Origin: Hormiphora californensis
Lineage: Eukaryota > Animalia > Ctenophora
Assembly: GCA_020137815.1 (NCBI GenBank)
Contig: CM035360.1
Coordinates: 620,001 to 684,000, forward strand
Reading direction: 5' to 3'
Length of the DNA stretch: 64,000 bases
The notes under the pieces were generated by a model. The model did no database searches and was not told the DNA's origin. It worked only from the letters and a program-made list of their open reading frames with translations. The position numbers and the translations under genes were made by a program. This document shows, piece after piece, positions 49,819 to 59,600 of this stretch (position 1 is the stretch's first letter; every line of letters begins with the position of its first letter).

Positions 49819-52111
49819 GCTCCCTCCTGATATAACGTTTTCCAAGAAAGAAATGTGCAAAACACACGAGCCAAGTTGAAGAAGAAGAGATGTGTAATAG
49901 TATGAGTGGTTTTTTTTGTGAGCAATCTTTCCTCCCTGCTCCCCATAGATTTAAATAGGTCTCTACAACTATTATCCCCTCTCCCCAATAAGTATGTGTT
50001 ACCATGGTTACCACCCCTCGTTACCATGGTTATCATGGTGATCCCATCCCTTCTCTTTGTATTCCCCAATAATAATTTAGCGTAGAGACCTCCCTCCCCG
50101 GTTTGTCAGCGGGCAACCTGCAACTCTTTGAAACAGGTGCCGCCTGGCAACCATCCTACCTTTTTTCCTTGTTGCTAGGTAGTAGGTGCCCACTGCCCAG
50201 TGCCCACCCCTGATAGCAACAATCCCACCCTTTTTTCTTTCTGTTAGCCCGCTGTTCTTGGTGTGTTACTTGTGTTTGTGTGTGCTACTAGTGGTAGAGC
50301 TATAGTAATATTAGTCCGTTGTTGTGAAGGAGAGAGAGAGAGCTTTTTGTCAGAAATTTCGTGTCTATTGTGCTCGTGAGTGATGTGTGGTTAACATGGT
50401 TACCATGTGTCGTTAACATGGTTACCATGGTAATAAAGTGTGTGAGTGAAGTGTGAGTTGTGTCTCCAATAGATGCAAGGTGTTTGTGTGAGTGTGAGTG
50501 TGAGTGTGAGTGTGTGAGTATGTGAGTATGAGGGTGAGAGTGGTGGTTTTCAAAATGTGCAGGTCGTATAATATCATGTGTGTATATAGCATGTGTTACC
50601 ATGGTTACCATCCATGTGTTTCCCAGTGTAACTCACCCACCACAACAACATGTGCCTATTTTTTCTCTATTTTCTTGACTGTCATGTTAGTGTTGTGGTG
50701 TGTTACCATGGTTACCATCCCTCGTTACCATGGTTACCATCCCTCGTTACCATGGTTACCATCCCTCGTTACCATGGTTACCTGCCCCTTCTCACCCGTA
50801 TTTGTAAACAGTATTTGTTTTGTTTTAAAATTTGACATCGTAGAAGAGACTGAGAGAAGAGAGAGCATATTTTAGAGAGTGTGAGGTGTTATTGTTGACC
50901 TATAATAGACAATTCATTACGTATAGAGCTTCTATTTTTGTTTTTTGTTGCTCTAATTCACTGACTCTGGAAATTTAATTAATATGGCATCTTGCCAGAA
51001 TAATTCAAGCGATGAGATTGTACAGTACAGCACAATGTACACAATGCTATACATTATGTATACATTGTGTGTATACATTGTGTATACATTGTGATGTATT
51101 GTACTCTTGTCTGCTTCCGATATTTCTAATAAATGTATACCTGCTGACTACGTGCTGACAAATGTTTAGGATATAGAAATTAAATAGTGATGGAGTATTA
51201 ATAGGATAACATGGTTACCATGGTTACCATTGTAGTATATCTGGTTACCATGGTAATGTATATTAAGTAGAGACGTGTGGTGTTAAGAGAATGTTGATGT
51301 AACATGTTTTGACACATGGGTTGTTTGAATATATCTCTCTCATAATGTGTTAATATTATTTTCTTGTTTGAGTTACTCAACAAGTTATTATGAAGTGATG
51401 ATATACAATATACAACAGGCGGTGAGATAATTTCCATTTTGTGATGTGCGGAGAGAGAGAGAGTTTGTTACTTTAACTAGGGAGAGAGATAGATATGTTG
51501 TATATTGGTCTATACAACTTGTATATTCCACATATTGTTTCCAATGTCATTCAATTGACCAAGAAAATGTGAGTTTTATTTTCTCTAGACAGATTTGCTC
51601 TATAACCCCCCCCCCCCCCCTGATACTGGCAGCTTCACTTCTACTCAAACGTCTTGTTGAGTAAGTGGGTTACTCAAAAACAAAAGTCTTTAGTTTGCTG
51701 TTACATGACCGTAGAGACTCGACTACTGGAGTCTAATTTCAGCTGATTATTAGGGGAATGCAAACTAAAGCATTCTGAATTCTCGCATTGTCATGTTATT
51801 GTCATGTTATGTTCAGACTCTCTCTCGAAATGTGGGGGGACTTAGAGCAAATCTGACCAGTTGTGCGGGACGCCCTGTACTAAATACTAAACCACAATCT
51901 AACAAAGCAATAAAAAAGAAAATAAGTTACTACACACAGATCACAAAACCTCACCAACACAACAGTGTTGAGTGTCCCTGTGACACAGTGTGTCAGACCA
52001 CTCCCCTCTCAGTGTGAGACTGGCATGTTTCACCGGGAGAGTTACCATGATTACCACTGCACCCCCCGTTTCCATGGTTACCACCCTCGTTTCCATGGTT
52101 ACCATACTGTT

Positions 52112-54947
52112 TCACCGGGAGAGTTTGTTCTTGTATTGTTTGGGTGGAATAGCCCGGTATTTTTCCTCGTTGATCCCCACCCTGTACTTGTTTTTAACCT
52201 GCAGGAGGGAGGATGAGGTTAGAAACACCTGCAATGGTAACTACATTATGGTACATACAGGGTGTTCATTTTGGATCTTTACAAGTGTTGGGCTTCACCC
52301 AGAAAAAAGTTGACAAGATTAGGTCATGAAACTTCATACTTGGACTATTCTATACCCTCATTCAAGGTTCCAGGGGGTTTTGGAGCTTTAGCACCCCGGG
52401 AAGTGTGTTTTTGGTATCAAAACTACCAGAAGGAATTTTTTGCTGGTGCTGAGACTTTGCTAAAATGTCTTTTGGGTATTTTCTATGTCAATCCTAAAGT
52501 TTCATGGAGATTGGATGTGTTTTTCGGACTCAAAATTTCGTGAAAAGTGGCTGGAAAGACTCAATCTTAGCCGTTTTTGAGCCGTTTTCGAGCCTTTCCA
52601 GCCACTTTTATCGAAATTTTGAGTCCGAAAAACACATCCAATATGCATGAAACTTTAGGATTGACATAAAAAATACCCAAAAAACATTTTAGCAAAGTCT
52701 CAGCACCAGCAAAAAATTCCTTCTGGTAGTTTTGATACCAAAAACACACTTCCCGGGGTGCTAAAGCTCCAAAACCCCCTGGAACCTTGAATGAGGGTAT
52801 AGAATAGTCCAAGTATGAAGTTTCATGACCTAATCTTGTCAACTTTTTTCTGGGTGAAGCCCAACGCTTGTAAAGATCCAAAATGAACACCCAGTACATT
52901 ACGTACATTATGGTAGGGTAAACCGGGGCAAAATGGTTAACTTTTTACTTAATCGGTTCTCACTCCCATTTAAAAAAAGATACAATGAAAAAAATTATAT
53001 AGGATTTAAGTTCATTATTTTATCTTTCAAATAAGATAAATTTCAACTCTAGGGACCATCATTTACTTAACTAAATAACTAATTTAAAAATTTTGGTCGG
53101 AAAAAATGGTACCGGGGCAATTCGGACAACACCAATAGGCGTGCTTTATTTCGTCACGTGGGAGTCACGTGAACGTCCTCACAACACCAGAAGAAGATTC
53201 CCGCCTGGTGTTGTTAGAGGTGGGGGCAATTCGAACAATGTAATCTACACGCAATCTACACGCTGGTCGTTCTTGTTCGAATTGCCCCGGTATCACGCGT
53301 GATCACGTGGTACAAAGAACTGCACATCATTGGCCCGGGAGTTAACCAAATTGCCCCGGTGTGTTAACCAAATTGCCCATGTTCGAATTGCCCCGGTTGT
53401 TCGAATTGCCCCGGTAATCTTAATTTACCAGAATTTGGAATGAAAACATGCGAATATTTAAATAATTTTTATACCATCTGAAAGCTGATATTATTAGCTT
53501 TCAGCTGGTTTTTTCAAATCGGAAATTGACCAACTTAAACCGGATCTAGAGCCTATTTAGTGGTAACGGGCAGGCTCGAACGAGCAGTTTTCTTCTGGAG
53601 ATAGGATGACGTCATTATGATAGCTTAACTAGGTGAGAGACGGGCAGTACTATGTTCGAATTGCCCCGGTTGTTCGAATTGCCCCGGTTTACCCTACCTT
53701 AGAAACTGAAAACTAATTGTACCATCACTGGTATAATAGCCAGCTACATAGCATGGTCTGTATCAGACCTATCTCTCTCAGATCGCGTCGGGTAGGCCCC
53801 CCGCCACACAGCATCTATACCCTCACCACTTGAGGGGATCATGACAACTCACCTCTTGTAGGCTGGGTGGTGCGGTTAGGTTTGGTTGTGGGTTGTTCAA
53901 ATAAGGCGTCCACATCCCCTGAATTGATCGGGTACCCATCTGCTGTCTGTTCATCCGACCTGGGAAAGAAATTAGACGATCTGATGAGAACTGTGAAGTT
54001 GATCAGATTGCGGACCGGTTGTCAGGTCAATGCTCTGACAGCCGACCGGTTGTTGGGGTATACAACGCTGAACAAGTTTGAGCGAGTGTACCCAGTGCGC
54101 GCTATCCTCTCTAGTTGTGAAGTATCGCGCGCTACAAACATGATAGTCAGAGTTGTGTGCCCAGAGGATGGCGCACAACAACACCTGGTGTGCCATGTGC
54201 GCTCTGTCATCTGTGAGGGTTGAGGGTTCGGTAGGTGATAAGAAACACCCATATTTACTTCTCCCTTGCTTCAGAAATAGAGGCGGGATAGATATGACAC
54301 CAAACTATAACGTAAAAAGCCGGAATAGAAGGAGATATCAGATATTAAAAAAGCTCACCTTTTTGTACATCCCCCGAGTAGCCACAATACTTGTCAACAA
54401 ATTGAGCCAGAACGTCCTCGTGTACATTGTCAATCCTCTGCTCCTCTGAGTTGCCATTTAGGAAGTGAGCAGATATGATAGGGACCCGAGATGAGGATTG
54501 GGTCACGTAGAAACTGGTAGTTGGGTTTTTAGTTGCAACATCACCTAGCCGATGTGTGATATACTCTCTTGCCTGAGGGGGGGGGGGGGTTGAGTGCGTT
54601 AAATGTGCTCGCTTGCCTTGGGTGATGACTTCAGAGTTGTACTATGTCACATGGTTCGGGATACTAAGAGGGATACATTCAGAGGGTATTAGCTCAAATA
54701 TGAGGTCATGGTTCAGCAAGGGAAAAGGAGATAATGTTTTGTGCGATTTAACTAACAAAATAACAAGATAACAAAATAATTTACTATTCAAAATTTGAAA
54801 ACAACGTACATGAAATGAGTCTCCTGCGGTAGGATGGATCCTGAGAGTAATCCTCTTGCACTGCGGGACGGCCTCACTCCCACCCCCACCAACATTGGTG
54901 GTACTCAGAGTCTGGGTTGTTTCTGTAGGAGAGAGATAGAGGGGGGA

Positions 54948-54987
<40 letters not shown>

Positions 54988-55417
54988 AGAGGAGAGAGAT
55001 AGAGAGATAATAGAGAAGAGAGGATAGGAGAGAGGAGTAGAAAAGAGATAGAGTTATTCTAGAGATAGTCGAGAGCGGCGACTTCGCTCTCTCTAATCTC
55101 TGTCTCTCTCTCGTTCTCGCTCTTCTTCTTCTTTTTTTCTTCTCTCCTCTCTTTCTCTCTTCTCTCTCTCCTCTCTCTCCTCTCTCCCCTTACTCGCTCT
55201 CAAGAGATCGCCTAGATATACTATTTGTAGTATATTCTTCTTTTTTCTCTGTTCTATTCTCTGAGAAAAGACCTGGCTCTCTCTCTCAGTATCTCAATAA
55301 TTAATTCCCTTTTTTTCAATTCTTTGCTGGGTTTGGTATCTTTGGTTTCTTCAAAGGAGCCAGGTACTGTGAAGTAGGTTTCAGGAACCTCGCTGCGTTC
55401 TTCCACGGTTTCGGCAT
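52112..55417 (-). CDS. MRPL43: Mitochondrial ribosomal protein mL43 (L51/S25/CI-B8 domain)
   Basis: In-phase exons 54810-54922, 54359-54572, 53853-53959 and 52112-52198 give VPQCKRITLRIHPTAGDSFHAREYITHRLGDVATKNPTTSFYV...PIISAHFLNG...SIQGMWTPY, matching the mL43 AREF/YLNG/SIQGxW motifs. Probable start ATG at 55417 (MPKPWKNAARFLKP); its donor is unresolved. Confidence 0.88.
52258..52894. mobile_element. Tc1/mariner-type foldback MITE, copy 2 (in the last MRPL43 intron)
   Basis: Near-identical to 28052-28687, with a TA duplication. Confidence 0.9.
52916..53694. mobile_element. TA-flanked MITE with GGGTAAACCGGGGCAA TIRs
   Basis: Terminal inverted repeats plus multiple internal TTCGAATTGCCCCGG subterminal repeats. 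Confidence 0.8.
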
Positions 55418-56604
55418 GTCACTAGACAGAGAGACTATGAGAGTATAATGATCATGTGTTGAATTAACAAGTTAGACTGTTTGTTTGAACAAAACATGAG
55501 TGTTGAACAGAACAGAAGTGTTGATACGGTGTGGCAGTGAAATCAAACTCACAACAGCACTGTAAAATGTAAGCAAATTTTTTAAATGTAAACAAAAATA
55601 AAATAAGTATTACAAAAATCACAAAAATAACAGACATTAATTATTCATTGTGTTTACTGTACACTACTACTACAGGATCGAGCAAGGCAAAGTTTGAGGG
55701 TGACAACTTCATCTGACTTTACTGTGTATTTCTACCGACACACACAACCCTCATCTCCACCCGTGCCTCAGGGGCATACAACCTCTCTAGGAAAGCATTC
55801 CAACTCCCTCCATCCACCCCAGACACTAATTCACCGTTAACTAACCAATACACGTGCACCAGATCAACACCGTGCCCGTGTTGTAGGGATGTGTTTCTGT
55901 CCCTTCCTACCCGATAAAACTTCCCCTTCCCCTCGTTAGGCTTCCTCAGTTTCAGAGAGATATAGCTCCCGTTGGGTATCCGACACACCCTGCACGGCCG
56001 AGATCCAGTTACCGTGTGGAACTTCTTCGTGAGGTTGTCCAACCTACTTTTGTTTAACTGCTGACAGGAAAACTCTACCAGCTCAACTGCGGCGTGATTC
56101 CCAGAGTTAGCGGCGTGATTCCCAGAGGTAGCGGCGTGATTCCCAGAGGTTAGTCCAAAACCCAAACCCAACAATAGCCTACCCTCCGCGAAAAACGATT
56201 TTAAATTTTAACGTTTTCCTCTCGATCTCAGGTCTGTTGTTTTTATTTGCGCGGCGCTGAGTTGACCTACATTTTTATTACGCGCGGCGCTCTCGATGCA
56301 GCATAGTTAGTAGATGATAGCTCCCTACATAAACTTCAAGTTAATTTCCTTACAATGACAAATAAAATTAGAAATTAAGTTATGATAAGAAAAATTCAAT
56401 ATCAATATATAGTTAACAGGGTCTGGGGACTAAGGGCGGGTGTAAAATGTATATATTCACCACGTAAAATACTGAAATATTTCGAAATATGAATCCTTCA
56501 CGGTCTCCGGGAGACTCTCCCCTAAAGTGTATAGGTAGTATACACTAACTATATCGGTTATCACAAAACATAACAATTTAATAATATGTATACATTTGCC
56601 CCTA

Positions 56605-59600
56605 TTACAGGTTAGACTCAGGTATGAGAGGATGTGTGCTAAACAGTCTATACCAAGCTGTCAATCTAACAGTCAAATCTAAACTCGCTAAGTTTATCTG
56701 TGCCTCACCCAGTAGTACCTTCCTCCCGAACCTCTCCCTTGCAAAGAGTGCCACTGCCAGCACTCTCCCAGGGTAATCCTGCTCGAACATGAACACAGCC
56801 CCGTAGGAGGGGGATGAGGAGTTCTTTATTGTTTTACTGCGGTGTTTCTGGATCTTCCTCTTTCCCTCCAGCAGATAAGATTTGACGTAGCTGTCTGTAG
56901 GGTGGACGTGTGTTAGGGACGTATAGCTGTCTGTAGGGTGGACGTGTGTTAGGGACGTATAGCTGTCTGTGGGGTGGACGTGTGTTAGGGACGTATAGCT
57001 GTCTGTGGGGTGGACGTGTGTTAGGGACGTACAGCTGTCTGTGTGAGGGGGTGGACGTGTGTTACTGTTAGCTTAGGGACGTGTTGAGGATTTTGTAATG
57101 GAATTTTAATTTCATGAAAACAGCTGTTTTCATTAAATTAGTTTATTGGGGACGTCATAGGAACCCACCCACTTACCAAGAGGTTTATCTGCTGTGTGTG
57201 ACACCCACCCACTTACCAAGAGGTTTATCTGCTGTGGGTGACACCCACCCACTTACCAAGAGGTTTATCTGCTGTGTGTGACACCCACCCACTTACCAAG
57301 AGGTTTATCTGCAGTGTGTGACACCCACCCACTTACCAAGAGGTTTATCTGCTGTGTGTGTGACACCCACCCACTTACCAAGAGGTTTATCTGCAGTGTG
57401 TGACACCCACCCACTTACCAAGAGGTTTATCTGCTGTGTGTGACACCCACCCACTTACCAAGAGGTTTATCTGCTGTGTGTGACACCCACCCACTTACCA
57501 AGAGGTTTATCTGCAGTGTGTGACACCCACCCACTTACCAAGAGGTTTATCTGCAGTGTGTGACACCCACCCACTTACCAAGAGGTTTATCTGCAGTGTG
57601 TGACACCCACCCACTTACCAAGAGGTTTATCTGCTGTGTGTGACACCCACCCACTTACCAATAGGTTTATCTGCAGTGTGTGACACCCACCCACTTACCA
57701 AGAGGTTTATCTGCTGTGTGTGACACCCACCCACTTACCAAGAGGGTTATCTGCAGTGTGTGACACCCACCCACTTACCAAGAGGTTTATCTGCAGTGTG
57801 TGACACCCACCCACTTACCAAGAGGTTTATCTGCAGTGTGTGACACCCACCCACTTACCAAGAGGTTTATCTGCAGTGTGTGACACCCACCCACTTACCA
57901 AGAGGTTTATCTGCTGTGTGTGACACCCACCCACTTACCAAGAGGTTTATCTGCTGTGGGTGACACCCACCCACTTACCAAGAGGTTTATCTGCTGTGTG
58001 TGACACCCACCCACTTACCAAGAGGTTTATCTGCTGTGTGTGACACCCACCCACTTACCAAGAGGTTTATCTGCTGTGTGTGACACCCACCCACTTACCA
58101 AGAGGTTTATCTGCTGTGTGTGACACCCACCCACTTACCAAGAGGTTTATCTGCAGTGTGTGACACCCACCCACTTACCAAGAGGTTTATCTGCAGTGTG
58201 TGACACCCACCCACTTACCAAGAGGTTTATCTGCAGTGTGTGACACCCACCCACTTACCAAGAGGTTTATCTGCTGTGTGTGACACCCACCCACTTACCA
58301 AGAGGTTTATCTGCTGTGTGTGACACCCACCCACTTACCAAGAGGTTTATCTGCTGTGTGTGACACCCACCCACTTACCAAGAGGTTTATCTGCTGTGTG
58401 TGACACCCACCCACTTACCAAGAGGTTTATCTGCTGTGTGTGACACCCACCCACTTACCAAGAGGTTTATCTGCTGTGTGTGACACCCACCCACTTACCA
58501 AGAGGTTTATCTGCTGTGTGTGACACCCACCCACTTACCAAGAGGTTTATCTGCTGTGTGTGACACCCACCCACTTACCAAGAGGTTTATCTGCTGTGTG
58601 TGACACCCACCCACTTACCAAGAGGTTTATCTGCTGTGTGTGACACCCACCCACTTACCAAGAGGTTTATCTGCTGTGTGTGACACCCACCCACTTACCA
58701 AGAGGTTTATCTGCTGTGTGTGACACCCACCCACTTACCAAGAGGTTTATCTGCAGTGTGTGACACCCACCCACTTACCAAGAGGTTTATCTGCTGTGTG
58801 TGACACCCACCCACTTACCAAGAGGTTTATCTGCTGTGTGTGACACCCACCCACTTACCAAGAGGTTTATCTGCTGTGTGTGACACCCACCCACTTACCA
58901 ATAGGTTTATCTGCTGTGTGTGTGACACCCACCCACTTACCAAGAGGTTTATCTGCTGTGTGTGACACCCACCCACTTACCAAGAGGGTTATCTGCTGTG
59001 TGTGACACCCACCCACTTACCAAGAGGTTTATCTGCAGTGTGTGACACCCACCCACTTACCAAGAGGTTTATCTGCAGTGTGTGACACCCACCCACTTAC
59101 CAAGAGGTTTATCTGCAGTGTGTGACACCCACCCACTTACCAAGAGGGTTATCTGCTGTGTGTGACACCCACCCACTTACCAAGAGGGTTATCTGCTGTG
59201 TGTGACACCCACCCACTTACCAAGAGGTTTATCTGCAGTGTGGGGTCGGATCCGGAGATGTCTGGCTTTGATGACAGTGAACTTGAGTTGTCCATCACAC
59301 ACGTCTAGTGAGACTTGGACATCCCCGAACGCCTGGCACTCTGAAAAAGGACCATCTACTGTCTTGTCAACATGTCTCCATGGCAACCAGACAAGCAGGT
59401 GGATATAGAAAGGCAAACACTGTTTGTCTGTTTGAAACAGGTATATAGTTTTACAGACAACATACAACAACCAATCAGAGCTCGTTATTTAGGTCACGTG
59501 ACTGGGGGGGGGGGGTACCAACCTATTTTTTTGTATTTTTTTGTATTTTTTTGTACGGTCCGTACAAAAAAATAACCAAAATTCCCTGCTTTTTCCGTAC

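Noticed and set aside
53867-54449. (+) ORFs of 118 and 98 aa
   Set aside because: Antisense shadows overlapping MRPL43 exons.
57163-59240. CRISPR array
   Set aside because: Head-to-tail near-identical units with no unique spacers, no cas genes, and a eukaryotic intron context.
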